Shown one piece after another: positions 38,112-46,028 of a stretch of 64,000 nucleotides of DNA. The notes under the pieces were generated by a model, which saw only the letters and a list, made by a program, of their open reading frames with translations, ran no database searches and was not told the DNA's origin. Each line of letters begins with the position of its first letter. Within the stretch, counting starts at the first letter, position 1. The translations under genes were made by a program, and so were the position numbers. Location of the stretch: positions 480,001 through 544,000 of the forward strand of contig JACPJW010000001.1 of the NCBI GenBank assembly GCA_016187335.1, written 5' to 3'. The stretch is from Candidatus Aenigmatarchaeota archaeon. GTDB lineage: Archaea; Aenigmatarchaeota; Aenigmatarchaeia; GW2011-AR5.

Positions 38112-39212
38112 TTACCTTTCCCTTGAACCCTTGATGAATTCTTCCACCATTATGCGCGCCACGTCGTCAGGAAACTGCTGCGGCGGGCTTTTCATTGTGT
38201 AGGCAGAAATGGAATGCAGCGGCCCGCTTATGCCGCGGTCCAAAGCAATCTTGCAGCATCTTACGGCGTCTATAGCGGAGCCGGCTGAATTCGGCGAATC
38301 CTCAACAAGCAGTCTTAGTTCCAGTTCTACGGGCACCCCGCCGAATTTGCTGCCTTCTATCCTGAGGAAGCATATCTTCCTGTCGTTAAGCCAGGGAACG
38401 TAGTCGCTGGGGCCGATGTGTATGTTTTCTTGAGCAAGCTTATGCGGAAGAATAGATTGCACTGCCTGCGTCTTGCTTATCTTTTTTGAAGCAAGCCTGT
38501 CGCGGGCGAGCATGTTGAGAAAATCCGTGTTCCCGCCCACGTTCAGCTGGTACATCCTTTCTATCTTGACGCCCCTGTCTGCAAAAAGCTTGGCGAGCGT
38601 GCGATGAACGATTGTGGCTCCCACCTGTGATTTTATGTCGTCCCCTATAACAGGCAGCTTTGCGTCGGAGAATTTTTTCTGCCATTCGGGGCTTGACGCA
38701 ATGAAGACAGGCATGCAGTTGACCAGGGCAGTCTTGGCTTCCAGGCATGCATTGGCATAGTATTTCGCAGCCTCCTCGCTCCCCACGGGCAGGTAATTTA
38801 TCAGCATGTCAGCCTTTTTTTCCTTCAACACATCCGCCACGTCAGCGGCCGCTTCCATGCCGACTTTGAACGTGCTGCTTTCCGGGTAGTCCTTCATATG
38901 CGAAGCAACGCCGTCAAGAACAGGAGCCTTCATTACTTCTACGCTGAGGTTCGGCACGTCGCGCTGGAAAACATAGGTGCAGTTGGGCTTTGCAAATATC
39001 GCTTCACTGAGGTCTTTTCCTACCTTCCGCGCATCTATGTCAAACGCGGCAACAGGTTCTATGTCAGAAATCCTGTACCCTCCAAGGACATTGTGCATGA
39101 GCCCGGGCACGGCATCGTCATTGCTCGCTATGTCCTTGTAGTAAAATATGCCCTGGACAAGCGATGACGCGCAGTTCCCGACGCCTGCAATAGCGATCCT
39201 TATTTTCGGCAT
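38112..39212 (-). CDS. ino1: myo-inositol-1-phosphate synthase
   Basis: [59 protein letters not shown]. Confidence 0.96.
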   Translation of the reverse strand: MPKIRIAIAGVGNCASSLVQGIFYYKDIASNDDAVPGLMHNVLGGYRISDIEPVAAFDIDARKVGKDLSEAIFAKPNCTYVFQRDVPNLSVEVMKAPVLDGVASHMKDYPESSTFKVGMEAAADVADVLKEKKADMLINYLPVGSEEAAKYYANACLEAKTALVNCMPVFIASSPEWQKKFSDAKLPVIGDDIKSQVGATIVHRTLAKLFADRGVKIERMYQLNVGGNTDFLNMLARDRLASKKISKTQAVQSILPHKLAQENIHIGPSDYVPWLNDRKICFLRIEGSKFGGVPVELELRLLVEDSPNSAGSAIDAVRCCKIALDRGISGPLHSISAYTMKSPPQQFPDDVARIMVEEFIKGSRER

Positions 39213-39216
39213 AGTG

Positions 39217-39260
39217 TATTTTACGTATGTAAAATATATATACTTTACATTGGTAAAATA
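39217..39260. promoter_or_regulatory. Tandem inverted repeats (TTTAC-N4-GTAAA), candidate PadR operator
   Basis: tattttac-gtat-gtaaaata (39217..39236) and tactttac-attg-gtaaaata (39241..39260), between divergent ino1 and padR. Confidence 0.65.
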
Positions 39261-39288
39261 TTAAAACCGCTGCGCTGAATGATTAATA

Positions 39289-39651
39289 ATGACAAGGCAC
39301 GGAAAGAGCACCGGAAAGGGATTTTACGGTCCTGATGCTTCCGACACGCCTGAAATGCGGCGCCTGAAGAGAATGCTTACCACGGAATCCCTGTGGCTTT
39401 GGATATTAATTTTGCTGTCAAGGAAACCGAGGCATGCTTACGTTCTAAGAAACGAAATAAGAGATGAATTCGGGTTCATGCCGGGCAACGTGACATGCTA
39501 TAAAGTTCTTTATTTTCTCAAAAGAGGAAACTACGTAGGCATTAAAGAAGAAGGGAGAAAGAAAATATATTACATAACAGAAAAAGGCAGGAAAGAGCTG
39601 TCAAAAGCAAAGAAATTTCTGGAAGAAACTTCCGAAGAATTATTTGACTGA
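39289..39651 (+). CDS. PadR-family transcriptional regulator
   Basis: ILILLSRKPRHAYVL, PGNVTCYKVLYFL, RKKIYYITEKGRKEL. Confidence 0.88.
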   Translation: MTRHGKSTGKGFYGPDASDTPEMRRLKRMLTTESLWLWILILLSRKPRHAYVLRNEIRDEFGFMPGNVTCYKVLYFLKRGNYVGIKEEGRKKIYYITEKGRKELSKAKKFLEETSEELFD

Positions 39652-39665
39652 ATAAGAGGATTATA

Positions 39666-40154
39666 ATGGTATTCGGGATATCGGCGCTTGTGAGCCTTGT
39701 AAACGCATACGGATATCCCGCCATATTCGTTGTCGGCTTTCTGAGCAGCTTCACGTTGTTCATCCCTTCGCCGGCTTTTTTTGTCGTCTTCCTTTTTGGC
39801 GCCACGCTCAACCCTGTTGCCCTGGGCGTTATTGCAGGCGCTGGAGCGGCGCTGGGTGAAACGACGGGATATATAGCCGGTTACGGCATCAGCAAACTGG
39901 CGAAAAATCAGAGGAAAAAGCTGGCTGAAATACGGAAGCTGATCCACAAATACAGCCCCGAAGTTGTCATATTCCTTTTTGCCGCCACGCCGCTGCCCTT
40001 TGATTTTGTCGGCATATTCTGCGGCACGATAAATTTTGACAGGAAGAAGTTTTTTGTTGCCACGCTCCTTGGAAAGATTGTCAAATTCATTTTCATTGCT
40101 TATGCCGGCTTCTACGGGCTTCACTGGGTCCTGAACTACGCCGGGCCTGACTAA
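39666..40154 (+). CDS. VTT/DedA (SNARE-associated) membrane protein
   Basis: GAALGETTGYIAG, FAATPLPFD..GIFCG, TLLGKIVK. Confidence 0.85.
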   Translation: MVFGISALVSLVNAYGYPAIFVVGFLSSFTLFIPSPAFFVVFLFGATLNPVALGVIAGAGAALGETTGYIAGYGISKLAKNQRKKLAEIRKLIHKYSPEVVIFLFAATPLPFDFVGIFCGTINFDRKKFFVATLLGKIVKFIFIAYAGFYGLHWVLNYAGPD

Positions 40155-40301
40155 TTATCCTCTTCTTTTCTCAGCTTCGTCTATCGATTATTCTTTCAAT
40201 CGATACATTCCTTTTCTGTTTATGATAATATTTTTCTTTCCGTTAACGCTTTCTAATATTTTCTTTTCCGCGAACGCTTTTCTTTTCAAAAGAAAAGGGT
40301 T

Positions 40302-40817
40302 CTACCACGGGTGCTTTTTCAGCTTCAGTATGTAGGCTACGTTGTTGGTTGCCCAATGCACGACAGGCGTCATGATAAAGAGGAGAATAATCATGCTTAT
40401 TTCAGGCCTGTAAGCCGGCGAAGAAATAATCAAAGCCGCTATAAGGAATGTAAGCTGGTCAAACAGCGGAAAGTGCTGTCCCCTGGGTATCCCGAATCTC
40501 CTTTTTATGAAAGACCCCCCCACATCCCCGATAAGTGCGCCTGCGCTTAATAACAGAACCAGAGTTAAATTCAGTTTCACGAGATTAAGGTTTGCCGGCA
40601 GGTAATCCTGTGCGTATATCTGCGCCAGTCCGAACAAGGTCCCTATCGCGATGCCGCCGAACGTGCCTTCCCACGTCTTTCCGTCGCCCAAAAGCCTGTT
40701 TTTGCCCAGCCTCCTGCCGAAGTCCAGCGGCCTCTTGCCCTTGAGGAGAACCGGCGAGGCATTGGCTATGTAGGCAGGAGCTATGAACCACAAGGACTGC
40801 AAAATAAGCGAGAACAT
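40302..40817 (-). CDS. carS: CDP-archaeol synthase
   Basis: PAYIANASP, PLDFG...LLGDGKTWEG, GDVGGSFIKRR.G..RG...P.FDQLTF. Confidence 0.92.
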   Translation of the reverse strand: MFSLILQSLWFIAPAYIANASPVLLKGKRPLDFGRRLGKNRLLGDGKTWEGTFGGIAIGTLFGLAQIYAQDYLPANLNLVKLNLTLVLLLSAGALIGDVGGSFIKRRFGIPRGQHFPLFDQLTFLIAALIISSPAYRPEISMIILLFIMTPVVHWATNNVAYILKLKKHPW

Positions 40818-40869
40818 TTGTTAAACTATATCCGATGTTATTAAAATGCTTTGCCCGAAAGGAATAACC

Positions 40870-42057
40870 ATGAGAATAGCGATGTTCACAGATTCTTACA
40901 GTCCCCAGATAAACGGCCTTGTGACGTCTATAGATGCTTTTTTGAAGCAATTGAGGAAAAAAGGGCATGACGTCCACGTCTTCGCGCCGCGCGTGCCCGG
41001 TTACCATGATAAGGACAGGAGAATACACCGCTCCGCTTCCTTCGAGTTCGCGCCGTACAAGGAGTACAGGATAGCCGTGCCCGCCGCCATAAAGGGCAGT
41101 TTCGATATCGTCCATGTCCACAGCCCGTTTTCCATGGGGTTTTCCGGCATTGCTTATGCAAGAAAAAACAGAATCCCGGTTATCGGGACGTTTCATACGC
41201 TGTTCCCTGAATACGGGCATTATCTCATAAAATCAGAGAAGCTGCTGCGCCTTTTCAGGGGCGCCTACAGAAAAATAAGCTGGTCGTACCTGCGGTGGTT
41301 CTACAGCAAATGCGATTACATCACCGTGCCTTCCGGGCATGTAAAGAAACAGATGATAAAGCACGGGATAAAAAGGCCTGTATACGTCATTCCAACGGGC
41401 ATAGAAGTGAAAAGCCTGGGGAAAGGCAGGAAATCGCTGCGCAGGAAGCACGGCTTTGCCGGCGAGAAAATAATACTGCACGTAGGGCGTCTGACTAGGG
41501 AAAAAAACATCCTTTTCATCTTGCGCTCGCTGGAAAAACTGCTCAGAAAAGAAAACGCCGTCTTTGTCATCACTTCAGACGGGCCTTACAGGAGTGAGCT
41601 GGAAAGAGAAGCAGTGAAGCTGGGGCTGCAGAAGAAAGTGAAGTTCACGGGTTATGTGGACAGCGAACGCCTTGGGGAATTGTACGCCATAGCCGATGTT
41701 TTTGTCATCGCGTCAAAAACGGAGACGCAGGGCATAGTCCTTATAGAAGCCGTTGCGAATAAGCTGCCGATAGTCGCGCTGAACGCCCCGGTTACAGGCG
41801 ATTTCCTGAAAGAAAACGAATACGGAATTGTCGCCAACAGCAAAAATTTCGCCGGCAGGGTCTCCGCTGTCCTGAAAAGCGGAAGGAAAGCAGAGGAAAG
41901 CGTCAAGAACGCCCCTGTTGTGCTGGAAAAATACAGCGCTGAAAGCTGCGCTGATGAGATGCTGAAGTTATACGAAAAAGCAGCCGGAAAAATGACCTCT
42001 TCAGCGGTTAATCATAGTCGGGATAGCCCTGCTTCAGTGCGCCGCCCTTCAGCATGA
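40870..42057 (+). CDS. GT4 glycosyltransferase (glycolipid synthase-like)
   Basis: MRIAMFTDSYSPQINGLVTS, HVHSPFSMG, GRLTREKN, SKTETQGIVLIEA. Confidence 0.92.
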   Translation: MRIAMFTDSYSPQINGLVTSIDAFLKQLRKKGHDVHVFAPRVPGYHDKDRRIHRSASFEFAPYKEYRIAVPAAIKGSFDIVHVHSPFSMGFSGIAYARKNRIPVIGTFHTLFPEYGHYLIKSEKLLRLFRGAYRKISWSYLRWFYSKCDYITVPSGHVKKQMIKHGIKRPVYVIPTGIEVKSLGKGRKSLRRKHGFAGEKIILHVGRLTREKNILFILRSLEKLLRKENAVFVITSDGPYRSELEREAVKLGLQKKVKFTGYVDSERLGELYAIADVFVIASKTETQGIVLIEAVANKLPIVALNAPVTGDFLKENEYGIVANSKNFAGRVSAVLKSGRKAEESVKNAPVVLEKYSAESCADEMLKLYEKAAGKMTSSAVNHSRDSPASVRRPSA

Positions 42058-42718
42058 AAGCGGCCGAGGCTTTTATGTAGAAACTTACAATGCCCAGCCA
42101 TCCCATCTTTCCTATTCTTCTTGAAGAGGTGCGCACCTTTATGTCGTGGAAAAAGACGAAGCGCCTGTGCTTGTGCATCCTTTTCGCCAGCTCGTGGTCC
42201 TCGTTTGTTTTGAGAGCGGGATTGAAGCCGCCTACGGCGTGGAAGTGCTCTTTCCTGTAAATGAAGCAGCTGCCGGCTGTCATCGGCATCCCTGCTTTTG
42301 TCAGAAGGCGCGGTATGTAATTTATCCAGTCATAGATTTTTCTTGTGTACGGCCCGCCGTCGTAGCATTCCAGGACGCATACGCCGCCGCCAATGTCCCT
42401 GCTGGAAAATTTTTTCTCTATCTTGTCCAGAAAGTTTTTGTCAAAGCGCACATCGGCATCGGCAAAGATAAGTATGCCGCCTTGTGCGCATTCCGCTCCG
42501 GTGTTGCGGGCAAGGCCGATGCCTTTCCTTGGTTCCTGGACAAGCAATCCGTGCTTTTCAGCTATCCTGTGAGTTCCGTCTTTGCTCAGGGTGTCAACAA
42601 CTATTATTTCGTAATCGCTGCGCCGCTGGTTCTTTATGGATTTTATACATTCCTCTAAATAGCTCTCTTCGTTCCGCGTAGGGATGATGAACGAAAATTT
42701 CGGTTTCATGTTTTTCAT
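42008..42718 (-). CDS. GT2 family glycosyltransferase
   Basis: SFIIPTRNEE, VVDTLSKDGT, ARNTGA, FADAD, NED, TSSRR; the ORF-track start runs through the tRNA, so the real start is 42718 or 42709. Confidence 0.9.
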   Translation of the reverse strand: MKNMKPKFSFIIPTRNEESYLEECIKSIKNQRRSDYEIIVVDTLSKDGTHRIAEKHGLLVQEPRKGIGLARNTGAECAQGGILIFADADVRFDKNFLDKIEKKFSSRDIGGGVCVLECYDGGPYTRKIYDWINYIPRLLTKAGMPMTAGSCFIYRKEHFHAVGGFNPALKTNEDHELAKRMHKHRRFVFFHDIKVRTSSRRIGKMGWLGIVSFYIKASAAFMLKGGALKQGYPDYD

Positions 42719-42720
42719 AG

Positions 42721-42887
42721 TGCCCCCAGCGGGATTCGAACCCACGTCACGAGCTTGTTGCTTTTCCGTAGACGCTTTTGCGAAAGCAAAAGGGTCTCCG
42801 CAAGCTCGCATTCTCTTCGGATAAATTGTTATCCGAGACCTCGGAAATCTCTGATTTCCGCAGATGTCCAGGCTAAACTATAGGGGC
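42721..42887 (-). tRNA. tRNA-Arg(GCG) with 51-nt D-loop intron and 42-nt canonical 37/38 intron
   Basis: GCCCCTA/TGGGGGC acceptor, CGAGC-TTGCGGA-GCTCG after splicing, GTGGG-TTCGAAT-CCCGC T-arm; 74+51+42=167; TTGC/GCAA central helix at the anticodon intron. Confidence 0.9.
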
Positions 42888-42952
42888 AAAATTTAATATT
42901 TAATGCATCTCAAAACAACCTTTTAAATCATTTATGTGCAATTAGCGTAGTG

Positions 42953-42981
42953 GAAACTTTTCAGAAAAGTTTCATCAAAAC
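42953..42981. repeat. Dispersed mini-palindrome
   Basis: gaaactttt-cag-aaaagtttcatcaaaac. Confidence 0.78.
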
Positions 42982-43002
42982 GACATAAATGAGGTTATGA
43001 TT

Positions 43003-43161
43003 ATGAAGTGCATATCGTGCCACAAGAATCTTTTGTCTGAAGACGATTTCACGAAATTCAGCTGCCCATCGTGCGGCGGCGAAGAAATCTTAAGGTGCGC
43101 AAACTGCCGCGTGAAAGGCGTCCTGTATCAATGCACAAAGTGCGACTTTGAGGGGCCTTAG
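43003..43161 (+). CDS. Small zinc-finger protein (DUF1610/HVO_2753-like), absent from ORF track
   Basis: MKCISCHKNLLSEDDFTKFSCPSCGGEEILRCANCRVKGVLYQCTKCDFEGP*; four CxxC; usual neighbour of EF-1beta. Confidence 0.9.
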   Translation: MKCISCHKNLLSEDDFTKFSCPSCGGEEILRCANCRVKGVLYQCTKCDFEGP

Positions 43162-43191
43162 AAAAGCAGAAAGCCTTGGCAGATGATAATC

Positions 43192-43464
43192 ATGGGAAAC
43201 GTAGCTGTCACATTGAAGATAATGCCCGAATCGCCTGAGGTTGACATGGCTGGGCTCAGGAAAAAGATAGAACAGCTGTTTGAGGAGTTCCACGAGGCAA
43301 AGCTTCAGCAAATCAGCGAAATGCCCATAGGCTTCGGGCTGGCGGCGCTGCAGGTTTTGCTCGTTCTGCCGGACACGGCAGGCGGATCTGACGCTATAGA
43401 AAAGGCGATATCAGCAATAGAAGGCGTCGCTTCAGTTGAAAGCGAAGGCGTTACGCTTATCTAG
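43192..43464 (+). CDS. ef1b: Translation elongation factor 1-beta
   Basis: VAVTLKIMPESPEVD, PIGFGLAAL, IEGVASVE. Confidence 0.93.
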   Translation: MGNVAVTLKIMPESPEVDMAGLRKKIEQLFEEFHEAKLQQISEMPIGFGLAALQVLLVLPDTAGGSDAIEKAISAIEGVASVESEGVTLI

Positions 43465-43512
43465 TTCACTGAATCTACTTTAAATTATTATTGAGCATAT
43501 TATCCCTTATTC

Positions 43513-43953
43513 ATGAGATATGACTTTACTCTGGATGATGGAGAAACCGTCAGCGTTGATACAAGAGAATTAAGTTACGGAGCAATTTGGAATGCGCTGC
43601 GGCTGAAAGGCAGGGAAAGAGAAGCAGCAAACAGAGTTATTGATTTGTACAATAGGGAGCCGCCGCGCCATCAAGCAGACCATTATAGGACTAGGATGGA
43701 GATAGAAAGAGCCGCGCAAAACAATAAGCTTGTAAGGAAATTGATTCATTGCAGAATTCTTGAGCTTCATTTCAAGTGGTGGCGACATCTGGTTACAAGA
43801 AGAGAAGAAAGAGGCGGAATTAGAATTGGTCCGGGACATGCAAGGCATCTCCAGGCACCGTACAGGTTGGATGTTTGGAAACTTCACACACTGGATCCGG
43901 ACTACGAACCTGAATACGAGGAATCTGAGCACGAGCCTGCACATACATACTAA
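43513..43953 (+). CDS. Hypothetical orphan protein
   Basis: ATG-started 146-aa ORF, AT-richer than flanks. Confidence 0.6.
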   Translation: MRYDFTLDDGETVSVDTRELSYGAIWNALRLKGREREAANRVIDLYNREPPRHQADHYRTRMEIERAAQNNKLVRKLIHCRILELHFKWWRHLVTRREERGGIRIGPGHARHLQAPYRLDVWKLHTLDPDYEPEYEESEHEPAHTY

Positions 43954-44007
43954 GCATTATAAATCTTCTTCTGCAATTTTATTGTAGTTTTCCGCTCTGG
44001 TGAAAAG

Positions 44008-45024
44008 ATGGGAATACAGATGACAAGCCTCGTCGAGGGCGAGGAAGCAACTATAGAGCAGTTCTTTGACAAGAAAATAGCCGTGGACGCTTACAACTGG
44101 ATTTACCAGTTTCTGAGCATTATCAGGCAGCCCGACGGCGAGCCCCTGAAGGACAGCAGGGGCAGGATTACTTCCCATCTGTCCGGACTGTTTTACAGGA
44201 CGATGAAGCTGATGGAAGCCGGCATAAAGCCCATATACGTTTTTGACGGCAAGCCTCCTGAGTTTAAGCGGGCTACGGCAGACCAGCGCCGTGACGTGCG
44301 GGCGGAAGCAGCGCGCGAATGGGAAGAGGCGCTGAAAAGAAAGGATTACGAGGCGGCGAGAAAATACGCGCAGCGCGCTGTCACCATAACCGGCGAAATC
44401 GTGGAGCAGTCAAAACGGCTTCTGGAGGCGATGGGCCTGCCGGCAGTGCAGGCGCCCAGCGAGGGGGAAGCTCTGTGCTCGCTTATGTGCAGGCGCAGCG
44501 ATGTGTACGCCGTCGCGACGCAGGACTACGATTCCCTGCTGTTCGGCGCAACTCGCCTTGTCCGCAACCTGTCAATTACAGGAAAGAAAAAGCGCGGCTC
44601 GGAATACATAACAATAAACCCGGAAATGCTCGTCCTGAATAAGGTGCTGGAGCAGTTGGAAATCACACAGGACCAGCTTATATTATTAGGCATCCTTATT
44701 GGCACGGACTACAACCCGGGCGGCGTTCCCGGCTACGGACCGAAAAAAGCACTGGAGCTTGTCAGGGAAAAGAAAACGCTGCATGCCGTGAAGGAAAGCG
44801 TCATCTGGGATTTTGACGTCGACATGGAGGATATCTTCGCTTTTTTCAAGAAGCCAGAGGATGCTGACTACGACATAACCTTCGGCAAACTCAGCGAGGA
44901 AAAAATCGTAAAGATGCTCTGCGACGAGCACGACTTCAGCGAGGAAAGAATCGTAAACGCCTTGAAGAAGTACAAAGAATCAAAAGGCGAAGGCCAGCGC
45001 TCGCTGGGCGGTTGGGTGAAATAG
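44008..45024 (+). CDS. fen: Flap endonuclease 1
   Basis: IAVDAYNWIYQFL, TSHLSGLFYRT, YVFDGKPP, QAPSEGEA, TQDYDSLLFG, GTDYNPGGVPGYGPKKA, PIP-box QRSLGGW. Confidence 0.97.
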   Translation: MGIQMTSLVEGEEATIEQFFDKKIAVDAYNWIYQFLSIIRQPDGEPLKDSRGRITSHLSGLFYRTMKLMEAGIKPIYVFDGKPPEFKRATADQRRDVRAEAAREWEEALKRKDYEAARKYAQRAVTITGEIVEQSKRLLEAMGLPAVQAPSEGEALCSLMCRRSDVYAVATQDYDSLLFGATRLVRNLSITGKKKRGSEYITINPEMLVLNKVLEQLEITQDQLILLGILIGTDYNPGGVPGYGPKKALELVREKKTLHAVKESVIWDFDVDMEDIFAFFKKPEDADYDITFGKLSEEKIVKMLCDEHDFSEERIVNALKKYKESKGEGQRSLGGWVK

Positions 45025-45030
45025 ACCCTT

Positions 45031-45150
45031 TCAAACTTTTAGAAAAAGTTTGATTAAAACGGAAAGAGAAAGCGTCTGCGGAAATCTGCAAAGAGCAAAG
45101 CTCTTTGAGATGCCAGGAAGCTTTGCTTTCTGAGCAAGAAGCATATTAAA
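45031..45150. repeat. Composite intergenic palindromic element
   Basis: tcaaactttt-aga-aaaagtttga (45031..45053) followed by motifs shared with tRNA-Arg introns. Confidence 0.7.
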
Positions 45151-45170
45151 AATTTAGAAATTTGCGAGAA

Positions 45171-45503
45171 TCAGACCGGGCAGCCGCATCCTCTCAGGCA
45201 GGCATCTTGCAATTCAGCGCCTGTAACGCCAGGGTATTTTTGCCCGCATATAACATCTAACCTTGTTGTTTCTCCGGGAGCTTTGTAATCCTTGACCTCT
45301 ACGTCATCTATCTTGGTTCTATCGCAGCTGTAAGCGCTCCTCAATGTCTGGCAGCCTTTTCCATAAGCCTGCTCCATCTGGATTGTTCCTGCGCCTGCGC
45401 CGAACTGGCTGCTGAACAAAGCCGCCGCCACAACAAGAACGAGCACGGCTATGGCCACGATGACTATGACATTGATAGGAAGTTCCAGCCCTTTTGAAGC
45501 CAT
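45171..45503 (-). CDS. Pilin-like protein with class III signal peptide
   Basis: MASKG|LELPINVIVIVAIAVLVLVV; C-terminal Cys pairs. Confidence 0.85.
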   Translation of the reverse strand: MASKGLELPINVIVIVAIAVLVLVVAAALFSSQFGAGAGTIQMEQAYGKGCQTLRSAYSCDRTKIDDVEVKDYKAPGETTRLDVICGQKYPGVTGAELQDACLRGCGCPV

Positions 45504-45578
45504 GAAATCACTCTAATCTTAATTGCGTGAGGCTGTATATAAAGTTTGGTCGTCTGACGGGAAAGAAAAGTGGCATAA

Positions 45579-45905
45579 TTATTTATTTTCCGCCTTCGGC
45601 AAGGGCTGCGGGCAGAAAAGGCTGCAGCAGGTCTGGACGCACTCTTTGCCTCCCTGGGTTTTGCATTTTTCATAGTTAAGCTTGGTGCATAGCCTGACAA
45701 GCTCGGTTTCAGCGCCTTTGGTGCATTCTATGTCGTTGTTCACGTGCTTGATGCACAGGTCCCTCTGCTTGTTGAGGTCGTCGATGCTGCTTTCCGCCGG
45801 CCGGAAATTGGCATTGAAAAAGTAAAGAAGCACTGTCAGCACAAGAACTGATAGCGTAAGGACAACAATCGTTTCCAGGGTCAGCGAAACGCCTTTCCTT
45901 CGCAT
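45579..45905 (-). CDS. Pilin-like protein with class III signal peptide
   Basis: MRRKG|VSLTLETIVVLTLSVLVL; Cys-rich C-terminus. Confidence 0.85.
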   Translation of the reverse strand: MRRKGVSLTLETIVVLTLSVLVLTVLLYFFNANFRPAESSIDDLNKQRDLCIKHVNNDIECTKGAETELVRLCTKLNYEKCKTQGGKECVQTCCSLFCPQPLPKAENK

Positions 45906-46028
45906 GATTATTATTTTGGTTTCCGATATATAAACAAAATCCACCATCTAAAAAATCACAAAACTCATAAATGCGGCAGAATCGGGCTTGCCTTTACTTT
46001 AACTTCTGCTTTGAGATTTATTGCTTGC

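Noticed and set aside
42721-42811. ORF-track N-terminal extension of the GT2 gene
   Set aside because: It reads through tRNA-Arg; the real start is at 42718 or 42709.
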